A DNA stretch of 64,000 bases. Origin: Bdellovibrionales bacterium. GTDB lineage: Bacteria; Bdellovibrionota; Bdellovibrionia; Bdellovibrionales; UBA1609. The stretch is from positions 2,400,001 through 2,464,000 of the forward strand of contig OZ241329.1 of the NCBI GenBank assembly GCA_965199825.1, read 5' to 3'. How positions within the stretch are numbered: the first letter of the stretch is position 1; every line of letters starts with the position of its first letter. Position numbers and translations under genes: made by a program. Below are positions 31,620 through 42,261 of the stretch, one piece after another. Below the pieces are notes generated by a model that saw nothing but the letters and a program-made list of their open reading frames with translations, did not search any database and was not told the DNA's origin.

Positions 31620-33127
31620 GTCTCAAATCGCCGTAAAATTTGAAAATAAAATTCATCAAAATGATCTTCCTCGATTTTTTGCTCAATTATTTTTTTAAAG
31701 CTCTTCAGATCATTTTCCTTATCGCTGAATTTGGCAAACATTCGTTCACCCAACATATGCCCCAATATCTTTGCGGCCTCAAATCCATGTTCCACCAAAA
31801 ACTTTTTCACTTTCACTGGCCGAGTCCGCCCAAGATTAAGGGCTACCATTTCACTCACCCGTTGGTCGAGAGCCAAGCTCATTGCGGGCCCTTTCAGTTC
31901 GGCGCGAATTTTTAAGGACTGCAATGTCTCCGACTTTCGTTTTGGGTTCATCAGTTTACTCAAAAAAAAGGCCACAGCCTCAAGCCAAATCTGAATTAAA
32001 AAATACTTCTTTATGGCAAAATAATTTTTTGTATTTCCCGAAAGTTGGGCATGCACAAAATGTCCGGCTAAATTGGCTGCATGATTCACCGAAAGTCGGG
32101 AGAGATAACCCGCTTGAAGACTTGGAATTAAAAAAGTTCGGTCCGCTTTGACCAATTGATGAACCACTTCAATCTCCGGGCGACTCAATTTTTTTATCAC
32201 CTTTTCAAACGTAAGCGACTCCGGTGAATAGACCGACAACATCGACTCATTGATTTCGGCTTTGATGTCAGCTGCGAGCACGCGGGCCAGATGCACAACA
32301 TGGTCTGTGGGATCTATGTCTTGATTGTCGAGATCCGAATCGTAAGTCTTTTCGAGATACATCAAATAGCTTTGCCATTTGACCCAAGGGGGCGAGGTCA
32401 TCAAAACATATCGACCGGCTGTAGACTTTAAAATTTCGGGAAATGAATTTTTCTTTGCGTATCTAAAATATAAAACGTCAACGTCTTGAAACAAAACCAA
32501 GATTTTGAGCGAGGGTGCGGTTTTGAGCAGGGCCTGAGGCAAATGATGTTTTGCCAAATGAAATTCACCAAAAATCACGTAATGAAGATCCATCGGATTT
32601 TTCTTTAACGACTTCAACACTTGAGCTGCAGCAAACTGATCCCTTTTTTTTAATGATTTTGAAGACCGGTCTTTAAGAAATAGATTGAGACCAATCACGC
32701 AGAAGTTTTTTTCTTTGGCCAATTTGAGCAGCGGAAGATAATTTTCAAACGGAAATTGCCATCGCTCATCCCAACGCGTCTTGATTTTTAAATCATCGGG
32801 CGAAATCAAACCCTTCATGAAAGAATCAAGATCCGCCTGATGCTCGGCCTCAAAACACTCCAAGCCCAAAACCACCGGTCTTGTGATTTCGCGCAAAATT
32901 CGAATATGGCTTTTTTGACTTTGGCTAAAAGCATGAAAATCTGAACCAAAAGCCACCTCTGTTTTTAAAAGATCGGCGTAAAGGATATTCAGATTTGTCT
33001 TTTTCCAATTCCCTAAAAATTCATTTTTTAAAACACGACCATAAGAGCTCGGCTCATCGCCAACGCGTCTTCGCACCTGATTTTTGATTTGGTTTAAAAG
33101 TTTCTTTCGGTCCTCGATCCACCCCAT
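31616..33127 (-). CDS. ChaN-like domain protein
   Basis: GSDFH, LGLECF...Q..LD, W.F....Y.PL, RDQFAA, GEFH motifs. Confidence 0.7.
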   Translation of the reverse strand: MGWIEDRKKLLNQIKNQVRRRVGDEPSSYGRVLKNEFLGNWKKTNLNILYADLLKTEVAFGSDFHAFSQSQKSHIRILREITRPVVLGLECFEAEHQADLDSFMKGLISPDDLKIKTRWDERWQFPFENYLPLLKLAKEKNFCVIGLNLFLKDRSSKSLKKRDQFAAAQVLKSLKKNPMDLHYVIFGEFHLAKHHLPQALLKTAPSLKILVLFQDVDVLYFRYAKKNSFPEILKSTAGRYVLMTSPPWVKWQSYLMYLEKTYDSDLDNQDIDPTDHVVHLARVLAADIKAEINESMLSVYSPESLTFEKVIKKLSRPEIEVVHQLVKADRTFLIPSLQAGYLSRLSVNHAANLAGHFVHAQLSGNTKNYFAIKKYFLIQIWLEAVAFFLSKLMNPKRKSETLQSLKIRAELKGPAMSLALDQRVSEMVALNLGRTRPVKVKKFLVEHGFEAAKILGHMLGERMFAKFSDKENDLKSFKKIIEQKIEEDHFDEFYFQILRRFET

Positions 33128-33210
33128 AAGCCAGAGTGTAGCGTTAGGTCTTTTGCGGACGCAAACAAACTTGCCCTTTCATTTTATTTCTGGTGTCATA
33201 ACCGCTGTTT

Positions 33211-34365
33211 ATGAAAACACGAGTTTTATTTATACTTTTTTTGACTTCGCTTGCGGTTTTGCTTCACACCTATCTTGCGGTGCACACCTATCCTTTAAAA
33301 TTGGGATTCGGCAGCGAAGAATCTTTATGTAAAATCTCAGAACACTTTGACTGCCAAGCAGTGTCGGCAAGCTCTTTTGGCAGCGTCTTTAATATCCCAC
33401 TGAGTGTCTGGGGACTTGTCACCAATGGTTTGATCTTTGTGCTCGTGCTCCTCGGTTGGTGGCGCCTCACGGGGTCACCAAAAAAACCGTTTCGGAATGC
33501 CTTTTTTCTTTCTTCCGTGGCGGCAATTGCATCGTTGGTCATGGGCATTATCTCGCTGCTATTTTTAAGTGTGTACTGCCTTTTTTGTTTGATCCTTTAT
33601 GTGATCTCGTTTGCAACCTTTGAGCTGCTGCGCGAAATTCAAGAGCCTTGGCTGTGGCGAGAAATTAATTTTAAAAATTTAGTTTTGATATTTTTGTGCA
33701 TTCCCCTATTTAGCTATGCCATCCACTCGATGATCTTGTCGCAATACGGCGCCGGCGGAATTGGACGGATGGTCGAAAATTCATTTCTTGATTGGCAAAA
33801 TGCCGAAACCTTTAAATTCAAATCTGAACCTTTGCTTACCTTAGGGCCTAAAGAATCAAAAATGGTTATCACCGAATTTGCAGATTTTCGCTGCAGTCAT
33901 TGCAAAGCGGCTGCACCCTCACTTGAGGCCTTTGCAAAATCGCACAGCGATGTTCGTTTTGAATTCTATATCTTTCCGCTTGATGGGGACTGCAATAAAG
34001 AACTGACCCAGGGCAATGGCGTTTCCTGTGCACTCGCGAAGAGTGTGGTATGTGCTCCACCTGAAAAACAGTGGAGCCTTCATCATGCTCTATTTCAAAA
34101 TTACGAGAGCCTGATCCGTTCGGTAAATAAAGAAAGTACGGTAAAAGAAATTTCACCATTGACCGAAAAATTGGGATTTCAAATTGATGATGGGTGTTTG
34201 AGCTCGACACAGACCCAAGAGGTGATCGCAAAAATGGTCGAGACCGCTACCTTAGTTCACGTCGAGGGCACACCAACTATTTTTGTAAATGGAAAAAAAT
34301 TATCGCGAGGTCAGATGATCCCACTTCTTGAGCGGGTTTATCTGAACCTCAAATCAGACCAGTAG
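33211..34365 (+). CDS. VKOR-DsbA/thioredoxin fusion protein
   Basis: VKOR C-x7-C and CLFC; thioredoxin DFRCSHC; GTPT. Confidence 0.9.
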   Translation: MKTRVLFILFLTSLAVLLHTYLAVHTYPLKLGFGSEESLCKISEHFDCQAVSASSFGSVFNIPLSVWGLVTNGLIFVLVLLGWWRLTGSPKKPFRNAFFLSSVAAIASLVMGIISLLFLSVYCLFCLILYVISFATFELLREIQEPWLWREINFKNLVLIFLCIPLFSYAIHSMILSQYGAGGIGRMVENSFLDWQNAETFKFKSEPLLTLGPKESKMVITEFADFRCSHCKAAAPSLEAFAKSHSDVRFEFYIFPLDGDCNKELTQGNGVSCALAKSVVCAPPEKQWSLHHALFQNYESLIRSVNKESTVKEISPLTEKLGFQIDDGCLSSTQTQEVIAKMVETATLVHVEGTPTIFVNGKKLSRGQMIPLLERVYLNLKSDQ

Positions 34366-34923
34366 ACTCGCAATTTTATCGGCGTAATGTTCAAAGAGCA
34401 CACCCAACGAATGAAATGTCCCCATATTGATTTCGCGGAGTAAGAACACCGCAAAAATCGCAAACACCGAACAGGTAAAGGCTTTAACCACCCACACGGT
34501 TGTGCGCACATCTGCAATCCGGCTAGTTCTCTCGTTTTTTTGAATCTGAGTCAAAAAGATTTTGAGTTCACCAAAATGGCGCTCAACACTTTCGGATAAT
34601 TCTTGTCGCTTTGCCAAATTGAGAGCACCAAGACCGGGTAAATTTCTTTTATCTTGGATCGCCATGATCAGATCAATCGCATGTTTGACCGCAGCACTAA
34701 TACTTAACTGAAAGTTGACATACTCTGACCGACTCTCAATATACTCATTTAATTCTTGAATAGCGCTTTGATATTCGCCGTTGACGACGTATTTTAAAAC
34801 AAGCCCGCGCAAATCTCGACCACTTACCCAATGCCGATTGAGTCTTTCTGTCAGCTCCTTTTGGAGTTGGCTAGAGAGTTGGTTTTCGATAACTTGGTAA
34901 TTGACCTGAATTGCCTTAGCCAT
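34354..34923 (-). CDS. Hypothetical protein with C-terminal TM segment
   Basis: 189-aa ORF filling the intergenic space. Confidence 0.75.
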   Translation of the reverse strand: MAKAIQVNYQVIENQLSSQLQKELTERLNRHWVSGRDLRGLVLKYVVNGEYQSAIQELNEYIESRSEYVNFQLSISAAVKHAIDLIMAIQDKRNLPGLGALNLAKRQELSESVERHFGELKIFLTQIQKNERTSRIADVRTTVWVVKAFTCSVFAIFAVFLLREINMGTFHSLGVLFEHYADKIASLLV

Positions 34924-34929
34924 TCTTGT

Positions 34930-34958
34930 CTATCGGCTAGGTTGGGACCGAAACTAAA
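34930..34958 (-). promoter_or_regulatory. Putative sigma28 (FliA) promoter
   Basis: Minus strand TTTAGTTT-N13-GCCGATAG. Confidence 0.35.
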
Positions 34959-35044
34959 TCAAAGTGCTTTGCGTTAGGACTCGACCCTCGATTTTTGACA
35001 AGGTTTGTGACGGTTTGAGACACTTCAATTTATAAGGAGCTTTG

Positions 35045-36292
35045 ATGAACCCAGCCCAAGGTCTTGACTCCGATGTGAGTTTGATTCCGATACCCTCTGC
35101 ACTTCCGGAGCGCCCCGATCTTGGGCAGTTGCCCGCAGATATTCTTCGATCCAGCACCGTTGAATCCCTCATCAATCAAAATGATGATTTGATGGCGCGC
35201 TTAAGTGTTTCACTAAGAAGAAACTCAAAACTCGAAGAAGAACTCTCACATTTCGAAAAACAAAAACGAATTTCAAATCATCAGATTGAAATACTAAATG
35301 AAAAATTAAGTCTGACCCAAGCCAAAGAAGCCCGATCCTTGGGACGCGACAAAATTCTTGAAGACCAAATTTTTAAACTTAAAGATCAGCTTAAACTTTC
35401 TGAAACCAAATATTTTGAGCTCTACAACATCCAAAAAGACCGAGCCAAAAATTTAATCGAGAGAATCGAGCAACACGGGCGTCGTTTAAACCGATTTATT
35501 AAATATAAATCCAAAATAAAAAAAGCCGTCCTCAATCTAAAACGTGAACGCACGGGATTGGCCACCCAAGCCCAAAAATTTGAATTGGCCTTGAGCAGTC
35601 AAGATGTACGAGTCAATAGCCTTCAAGCCCGCCTGGATGAAATGGGAAATTACATACAAACCCAAGGTCGAAAATCTTTGAGCGAAAAAGCGGAGCTCGT
35701 ACAAACCTATGAGATCAGACAAAAAGATTTATTCTCTGAACTGGAAAATGAACGTGAGGCTCGCCAAGCAGCAAACAACAAACTCGAACATTACGAAAAA
35801 GTGCTGAACGAAAATCTACATCTTCAGAGTGAATCCAACCGGTTGACCCAAACTCTGGATGCATTAAGTTTAGACTTAAAAGAAATCAAAGCCCAATTGA
35901 TCGCCACACAGTTTCAACTGCGCAGCCAAAAAGAAGAAAGCGAGACACTCCAAGTTTCTGAAAAAATGCTGCTCGAAAATAAAACCCGGCAGCAAGAACA
36001 AATTGAGTCACTCCAAGTCTTATGGTCCGAAACCCAAAAGCAGGTGGAATTAAAATCGGCCCGCCTCGAATCGCTGCAACGACTCAATCAGTCTTTAAGT
36101 ATTTCGCTCAATCAATTTAGAAAAGAAAATGATTCGTTAAAAAATCAGTCCGAAAAAATCAAGCTGATGACTAAAGAGCGGCTGCGTTCTTTAAAAACCG
36201 AAGTTTCACAATCAAAGATTGAGCCTGAGGTTTATCAGCGGATCGAAGTTCTGTTATCCGAGCTCAATGACAAAACACTGACGCTACTCTAA
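35045..36292 (+). CDS. Coiled-coil hypothetical protein
   Basis: AAGGAG SD; about 415 aa with L/E/K/Q heptads. Confidence 0.8.
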   Translation: MNPAQGLDSDVSLIPIPSALPERPDLGQLPADILRSSTVESLINQNDDLMARLSVSLRRNSKLEEELSHFEKQKRISNHQIEILNEKLSLTQAKEARSLGRDKILEDQIFKLKDQLKLSETKYFELYNIQKDRAKNLIERIEQHGRRLNRFIKYKSKIKKAVLNLKRERTGLATQAQKFELALSSQDVRVNSLQARLDEMGNYIQTQGRKSLSEKAELVQTYEIRQKDLFSELENEREARQAANNKLEHYEKVLNENLHLQSESNRLTQTLDALSLDLKEIKAQLIATQFQLRSQKEESETLQVSEKMLLENKTRQQEQIESLQVLWSETQKQVELKSARLESLQRLNQSLSISLNQFRKENDSLKNQSEKIKLMTKERLRSLKTEVSQSKIEPEVYQRIEVLLSELNDKTLTLL

Positions 36293-36349
36293 AAACCGGC
36301 CTTGGTGATGACTTTAAAATAATCATTAAGGCATACTCATCGCACGCTT

Positions 36350-38620
36350 ATGAAAAGCATTGCGGTTTTTCTTATTTTGTTTGGTTTTAATATTCATGCG
36401 CAGAGTTCGCTCGGCGGAATCTTAATCAACGCCGACACCAGTGATCACGACACCGCCACTCACCTTGTTCATCTTCAAGGGCATGTGCAGTTGGTGTTTA
36501 AAGGCAATCACATGCGGGCCGATCAGGCTGAGGTTGACTTAAATAACAAAATCATTCGCGCCACCGGCCGCATCGTCTTAGAAAATCAAAAGGTACATCT
36601 AGAGGGAGAGCGTGCGGTTTTTAATTATGAAACCATTCGCGGCACCATCTACAAAGCATTTTTAAAATCCGGCCAAGTGGTTTTTGAGGGCGACGAGATC
36701 GAAAAAACTGGGGCCGAAGAATATGTAGCCATCAATGGACGATATACTGCGTGTGCGAATTGCCCAGCCGACTGGAGTTTTTCGGGCGTAAAAATAAAAG
36801 CCACCTTAGGTGGGTATGCAAAAATCACTTATCCTATCTTTCGGGTGTTTGGTGTGCCCGTTTTTATATTTCCCTATTTGCCTGTGCCTTTAAAGAGCAA
36901 TCGCCAATCTGGATTTTTGGTTCCGGCGGTGGATTTTTCTGGCAAGGGAGGTGTGGCTGGAGAGATTCCATATTTTTGGGCGATTTCAAAAAGTCAGGAT
37001 ATGACCTTAACCGCGAAAAGTTATTCGCAACGCGGTCAAAAAGGATTGGTCGAATATCGCTATAAACTTTCACCCTTGAGCGATGGGATTCTTCATTCGG
37101 CCTATATGAAGGACAATAATTTTACCAACGTGAATAACCAAATCGTGACCCAAACACGCTGGTTTCTTGATTATCATCACTATTATGATTTGCCTGAAAA
37201 TTATGTTCATCGTTTAAAACTTTCAGCCGCCGGTGATCTTCGTTATCAAAGGGATTTTCCGCTTGAACTCAAAGGCAACGGTGATCCCGCTTTTGAAAAT
37301 CGAATGAGCGTGACGAAGAATACCGAAAACTCTCACATCAGTGCAGAGACCGCGTACTATATTAATTTATTTAAACAAGATCCATTGGCAAACAATGAAG
37401 ATGCGGTCCACCGCTTGCCCGAACTGCGATACAATTTGGTACAAAAAAAACTTGGGCACTCTGGCCTCTTTTTTCAAGCCGATATGGATTATACCAATTT
37501 TTTTAGATCCAATTTTAGTTACGACAATGTGGTGTGTTCAAATCCCCAAGACTCATCAACCTGCAGAGTTCAGCGCGGCCCCGACAACCTTTCGCAATAT
37601 CATTCAGGCATGTTCAATTCGACAACCGATACCATTCGCACCGGTCAGCGCTTAGACCTCAATCCCCGACTGACTGCGCCCTTTCGTGTGCTCAATATTT
37701 TTGATTTTTTACCCGCAGTTTCTTATCATGAAACTCAATATGCCTTTAATTTACCCGACGACTCGCAAATTTCACAGACCGCGGCTCGCCGCTATCTGCA
37801 AGCCGATTTAGGTGTTCGAACACGACTCACAAATATTTATACGGTGAGCGAAACCGAAAAAGTAAAACACATTATTGAACCCGGAATTTCTTATTCTACT
37901 ATTCCGTGGATTCGCCAACCCAATCACATTTTTTTTGGCGACACCAATCAGCCTTTTGCAAGAACCCTTGAGCCAATTAGCGATAATGATTTTACCGGAT
38001 CGACCCGCATCCAGTTTGATAATTTTGACCGCGTCTATGATAAACGGGTGATCGATTTTGGTGTGACAAATTATTTTAATCGTCGACGCAGTTTTGGTGA
38101 TCAAGCCCAGTATAAAAATATTGTGACCTGGCGATTGAGCGAGTCCTATGACGTGAACGAAGCACATTCGGATCTTTACCAGCCTTGGTCTTCGATCAAT
38201 TCGGTTTTAGATATGCGCTTTGACCATATCGATACATTCACCACAAATTCCTATTATCCTTATGCACGAATCACCAACACCTCGTCGCGAGTGCGCATCA
38301 AAAATGACCGTGGTGATTTTTTAGAACTCAATTACGTGCACGAATATTTGATCAGTTTAAAAAACGAAATCGATATGAATTCAAAAACCGAAAATCTAGG
38401 GTTAAATCTCGGTTACGTCAGCCGATTTTTGCACCTTGTGGGTGGGTTTAATTTTTCGGCAGTGACCCACACCGTACAATCTTGGCAGTATATCGCAAAG
38501 CTTCGACCTCCGGGTGGCTGCTGGGGAATTGATATTGGACACCACCAAGTCATTGGTGGAGATGTGCAACTCAAATTTAATTTTGCATTCGATTTTGGTG
38601 GTCAGCACAAACTCAATTAG
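36350..38620 (+). CDS. lptD: LPS assembly protein LptD
   Basis: Signal peptide, OstA-like N-terminus, YTAC..CP..WS, RQSGFL.P, PYFWAI, C-terminal GCW. Confidence 0.9.
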   Translation: MKSIAVFLILFGFNIHAQSSLGGILINADTSDHDTATHLVHLQGHVQLVFKGNHMRADQAEVDLNNKIIRATGRIVLENQKVHLEGERAVFNYETIRGTIYKAFLKSGQVVFEGDEIEKTGAEEYVAINGRYTACANCPADWSFSGVKIKATLGGYAKITYPIFRVFGVPVFIFPYLPVPLKSNRQSGFLVPAVDFSGKGGVAGEIPYFWAISKSQDMTLTAKSYSQRGQKGLVEYRYKLSPLSDGILHSAYMKDNNFTNVNNQIVTQTRWFLDYHHYYDLPENYVHRLKLSAAGDLRYQRDFPLELKGNGDPAFENRMSVTKNTENSHISAETAYYINLFKQDPLANNEDAVHRLPELRYNLVQKKLGHSGLFFQADMDYTNFFRSNFSYDNVVCSNPQDSSTCRVQRGPDNLSQYHSGMFNSTTDTIRTGQRLDLNPRLTAPFRVLNIFDFLPAVSYHETQYAFNLPDDSQISQTAARRYLQADLGVRTRLTNIYTVSETEKVKHIIEPGISYSTIPWIRQPNHIFFGDTNQPFARTLEPISDNDFTGSTRIQFDNFDRVYDKRVIDFGVTNYFNRRRSFGDQAQYKNIVTWRLSESYDVNEAHSDLYQPWSSINSVLDMRFDHIDTFTTNSYYPYARITNTSSRVRIKNDRGDFLELNYVHEYLISLKNEIDMNSKTENLGLNLGYVSRFLHLVGGFNFSAVTHTVQSWQYIAKLRPPGGCWGIDIGHHQVIGGDVQLKFNFAFDFGGQHKLN

Positions 38621-38949
38621 AAATCAAAAATGCGAATCTGACCTTTTGCTCCATCAAGCTGGGCTTGAAGATTATAAATCGGAGTGATTGAGACTCGAGG
38701 TTCATCCTCAAGCGGCAAACCATAGATCACATACAGGCCTAATATAATTCCACTGTAGAGACCATAAGAGGCGCCACGAGCAATATAATTTAAATTTTGC
38801 GAGGGATGTTTAGTAAAGGCCAATGCACCTGCACCAACCAAGGCTCCGGCCATCACGCCATAACTGCAGCTCATCACAAATTCATGAGAATTTTGGTTGG
38901 CCCGGGCAAAAGGACTTACAAAAAATAAAATCAAAATCCAAAAGCGCAT
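38617..38949 (-). CDS. Small exported/membrane hypothetical protein
   Basis: Signal peptide MRFWILILFF...ARA; Gly-rich hydrophobic segments. Confidence 0.7.
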   Translation of the reverse strand: MRFWILILFFVSPFARANQNSHEFVMSCSYGVMAGALVGAGALAFTKHPSQNLNYIARGASYGLYSGIILGLYVIYGLPLEDEPRVSITPIYNLQAQLDGAKGQIRIFDF

Positions 38950-38979
38950 ACAAGAAGTCTGACAGATCAAAATTCGCTG

Positions 38980-39312
38980 TCAACACTCGATGCGCTCGCC
39001 AGTTGCCACATCGTAAATAGAAATTTCTTTTTGATGAGACACAAACGCGAGCCAAAGCGAGGCTTCAAGCGAACGAGCAATCCTTAATAATTTTATTTTT
39101 TGTTTATAAGGCAAGCGAACCTGAGCCTCCGCATGAGCACTTAACGATTTCACCTCAACCAAAACTGTACCAAAGTTTTTATGATTGAGCCAAAGATCGA
39201 CCTCAGCATGTCTTTGAAACCAATGATTGCGCCTTAAGATCTTAAACTTTTTAAAACTAAAATACTCGGCGACCACATCTTCAAGTTGATGTCCGAAGGT
39301 GCTCGATGACAC
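38980..39312 (-). CDS. YraN family putative endonuclease
   Basis: G..LE..V.EY...K.FKILRRN, EVDL, VEVK; located after rnhB. Confidence 0.8.
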   Translation of the reverse strand: MSSSTFGHQLEDVVAEYFSFKKFKILRRNHWFQRHAEVDLWLNHKNFGTVLVEVKSLSAHAEAQVRLPYKQKIKLLRIARSLEASLWLAFVSHQKEISIYDVATGERIEC

Positions 39313-39847
39313 CCGAAAAGGTTTTTCGGTGGTAGGCGCTGACCCCAAGTTGTTGGATGGCTTGTCGGTGTTTGGAGGTCGCATAGCCCTTGTGTATTTC
39401 AAATCCATAGCCAGGATATTCCTTTGATTTTTCAACCATCAGGTCATCGCGTGTGACTTTGGCAACGATCGACGCCGCAGCGATCGGTCGTGCGCGAAGC
39501 TCGCCTTGAGTCAAACAAACCTGGGTAAAAGTCGAAAGACCTGGAATCATAAAGTTTCCATCGACCAACAATAATCCCTGGTTGAGTTTGAGGTTTAAAA
39601 CAGCCCGCTTCATAGCGAGTAAGCTTGCCTGAAGGATGTTGAGAGTTTCAATCTCCTCCACACTGGCAAAACCAACACCAATCTGTGCCCGATCATAAAT
39701 GCGATCGCACAGAATTTTTCTCCGTGAGGCGGTCAATAGTTTTGAATCAGTTAGTCCACGCGGAGATTTTAAAGGAGTGAGAATCGCTGCGGCGGCATAA
39801 ACGGGTCCGGCCAAACAGCCGCGACCCACTTCATCAACACCCACCAC
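39281..39847 (-). CDS. rnhB: Ribonuclease HII
   Basis: GVDEVGRGCLAGPV, DSK, IAAASIVAKVTRD, HKGY. Confidence 0.96.
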   Translation of the reverse strand: MVGVDEVGRGCLAGPVYAAAAILTPLKSPRGLTDSKLLTASRRKILCDRIYDRAQIGVGFASVEEIETLNILQASLLAMKRAVLNLKLNQGLLLVDGNFMIPGLSTFTQVCLTQGELRARPIAAASIVAKVTRDDLMVEKSKEYPGYGFEIHKGYATSKHRQAIQQLGVSAYHRKTFSGVIEHLRTST

Positions 39848-39882
39848 AGGCTGAAGCTCGGAGGCTTCCCAAAGGTAGCGCT

Positions 39883-40311
39883 TTATTCTTTTGGCGTTTC
39901 TGTGGCTGGAGTTTGAGCTGCGGGGGCTTCAACAGCTGCAGAAGATGCTGAGTTGCCTTGCACCAGATCGGACTCTAAACGAGCCGCACGTCCACGCAAA
40001 TTGCGAAGATAAAAAAGCTTTGAACGTCGAACTTTACCAGTTGCAATCAATTCGACACGATCAATGGCTGGAGTTGTAAACGGAAAAGTTCGCTCAACAC
40101 CAACACCGCTTGAGATCTTACGAACCGTAAAGGATCGTCCCATCCCACTGCCTTGGAGCTTAAGCACAACTCCACGAAAAAGCTGAACCCGTTCTTTTTC
40201 GCCTTCTTTTACACGAACATAAACACCAATGGTGTCGCCCGCAGAAAATTCTGGAAATTTGCGTTTTGCAGCATGCCGCTCGAGGGTAACTCTTCGCACA
40301 AGTTGTGACAT
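39883..40311 (-). CDS. rplS: 50S ribosomal protein L19
   Basis: [33 protein letters not shown]. Confidence 0.98.
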   Translation of the reverse strand: MSQLVRRVTLERHAAKRKFPEFSAGDTIGVYVRVKEGEKERVQLFRGVVLKLQGSGMGRSFTVRKISSGVGVERTFPFTTPAIDRVELIATGKVRRSKLFYLRNLRGRAARLESDLVQGNSASSAAVEAPAAQTPATETPKE

Positions 40312-40347
40312 GATCTTCTCCCAATGTCGTGAAAGCTCAATGAGCTA

Positions 40348-40917
40348 TCATGCTCCCAAAAGTCGGTCAAGACAGATACTCACTGCTGAGCGCACAGAAA
40401 GGTGGCGATAATCATCCTGAGATGAGCCACGGATGGGCTCTAGAGCGATATCACAAAGATTTAAAACATCCTCATGAAGACCAAAGCCTGTACCAAACAA
40501 AATCAATAAAGGCGGCCCTTCGGTTTCGAAGATCATCTTTTTGGTTTCAACAAATGTTTTTTGCAAAGCAATCCCAGTTAGGCGTGCCGAGGTGGCTAAA
40601 ACCAGCGGTGGTGTCTCAAAACTTTGGACCACTTGCTCAACCGTTTCTTTGAGCTCAATCATATCGAGGGCTGATTTTCGCATGATATTGTGTTTAGCGC
40701 CCTCACCCACTCGCCAGTGGTCCAACACTCTGGATACAAACATGAGCTGCTCTTGAATGCGGTGAACGATAAAATATTTTTTTACACCGTATGTGCGTGC
40801 GGCACGAGCGATGTCGTGGATATCAAAATTTGTTACGTTGGTTGCGACGATTTTGCGTTTGGCATCGTAGACGGGCCAATGCACAAGCGCGATGTAGACT
40901 TCACGAACAGGCTTCAT
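40348..40917 (-). CDS. SPOUT-class RNA methyltransferase (trmD-associated)
   Basis: ALVHWPV, TNFDIHDIAR, FGTGFGL, YRHLSVRSA. Confidence 0.88.
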   Translation of the reverse strand: MKPVREVYIALVHWPVYDAKRKIVATNVTNFDIHDIARAARTYGVKKYFIVHRIQEQLMFVSRVLDHWRVGEGAKHNIMRKSALDMIELKETVEQVVQSFETPPLVLATSARLTGIALQKTFVETKKMIFETEGPPLLILFGTGFGLHEDVLNLCDIALEPIRGSSQDDYRHLSVRSAVSICLDRLLGA

Positions 40918-41678
40918 AACCAATCCTTTTGGATACCCACAGATTTTAAATCCTCTTTTGAAAATGGAGACAAAAACTTTTTGGCGCTGATAAAATCAGG
41001 CTCTGCAATGTTTAAGTCAGGGCGAAGCATTTTGGTTCGTAAAATTGCCACCGATTTTTTAAACTTCTCGATCTGCCGATGATCACCCGACAATAAAATT
41101 GGCGGCACCGTCATTTGCTCAAACGTTTGCGGCCGGGTGAGTTGTGGAGCTTCGAGCAAACCGTCACGAAAACTTTCGTCAAAAGAACTAGCCGGATTTC
41201 CCAAAACGCCGGGCTGCAATCTTAGGAGACTATCAATAAAAATGGCCGCCGGAAGCTCGCCACCAGAAACCACATAGTCACCAATCGAAATTTCAAGATT
41301 GACATACTGCTCAATAAACCGCTGATCCACACCCGCGTAGCGGCCACAAACCAAAATAAAATCTGTTTGGTTCGTCATTGTACGTGCAAGCGAATCATCC
41401 CATCTTTGACCTTGCGGAGAAAAATAAATGCAAGGACCTTTGGCTCCTTGCTCTCTGGCTTTTAAGACCGATTGCTTTAAGGGTTCAGCGGTCATCACCA
41501 TGCCGTCCCCTCCTCCGTACGGGCGAGCATCGACGGTGTGATGAATATCTGAGGTAAATTCACGTGGATTGATGGTGTGCAAATGAGCTATGCCGTTTTT
41601 AAATGCGCTTCCAATCAAACCCTCTGAATTGAGATGCTTAAAGTATTCGGCAAACAATGTGATGCAATAAAAAGTCAT
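40914..41678 (-). CDS. trmD: tRNA (guanine37-N1)-methyltransferase
   Basis: PYGGGDGMVM, SPQG, CGRYAGVDQR, SIGDYVVSGGE. Confidence 0.96.
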   Translation of the reverse strand: MTFYCITLFAEYFKHLNSEGLIGSAFKNGIAHLHTINPREFTSDIHHTVDARPYGGGDGMVMTAEPLKQSVLKAREQGAKGPCIYFSPQGQRWDDSLARTMTNQTDFILVCGRYAGVDQRFIEQYVNLEISIGDYVVSGGELPAAIFIDSLLRLQPGVLGNPASSFDESFRDGLLEAPQLTRPQTFEQMTVPPILLSGDHRQIEKFKKSVAILRTKMLRPDLNIAEPDFISAKKFLSPFSKEDLKSVGIQKDWL

Positions 41679-42217
41679 AACGGATTGAGTTCGCACAATC
41701 CTTCGGGAATCGCCACATACAAAATATTTTTTTCAGAATCAAAACTTTGAATAAAAGCTTCTACGTAGGGGAGTTCAAATTCGATACTGCCATTTGAAAC
41801 GATCAGTAAATCTTGGGGTCCATTTGAGGAAAATCCGATCACATTTCCTAAATCACCCTTGTTTATATCTGACACCTTGGTGTTAAGGAGCTGATTCAAA
41901 AATATTTCAGACTCGGTTTGTGACACCAAATGCTCGGTGGGAATAAAAACAGCTTGGCTTTTTAAAGCTTCGGCTTGATTGCGATCGCTCACACCCTCGA
42001 ACAAGACGTAAAGACCTTTGGGCCGGCGCTTTGCGAATTTGATCGTGTGCAATTGGACCTTTTGGACCCGAAGATTTTTTTGGGCCTTGTCTTGGCTCAG
42101 TCCTAATGAACTTAAGCTTTCAAGATAATCGGCACCTTCATGAAACAGGCGAACAAAAACCTCGCCTTTTAGACCGTGGGCTTGGGAGACCCATCCCACA
42201 CAATAATATTCAGACAT
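41675..42217 (-). CDS. rimM: Ribosome maturation factor RimM
   Basis: G....AHGLKGEV, DRNQAEAL; operon position. Confidence 0.92.
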   Translation of the reverse strand: MSEYYCVGWVSQAHGLKGEVFVRLFHEGADYLESLSSLGLSQDKAQKNLRVQKVQLHTIKFAKRRPKGLYVLFEGVSDRNQAEALKSQAVFIPTEHLVSQTESEIFLNQLLNTKVSDINKGDLGNVIGFSSNGPQDLLIVSNGSIEFELPYVEAFIQSFDSEKNILYVAIPEGLCELNPL

Positions 42218-42261
42218 TTGCGCAATGCATAACGAATCCTCAACACCTGGTCAAGGACGGG

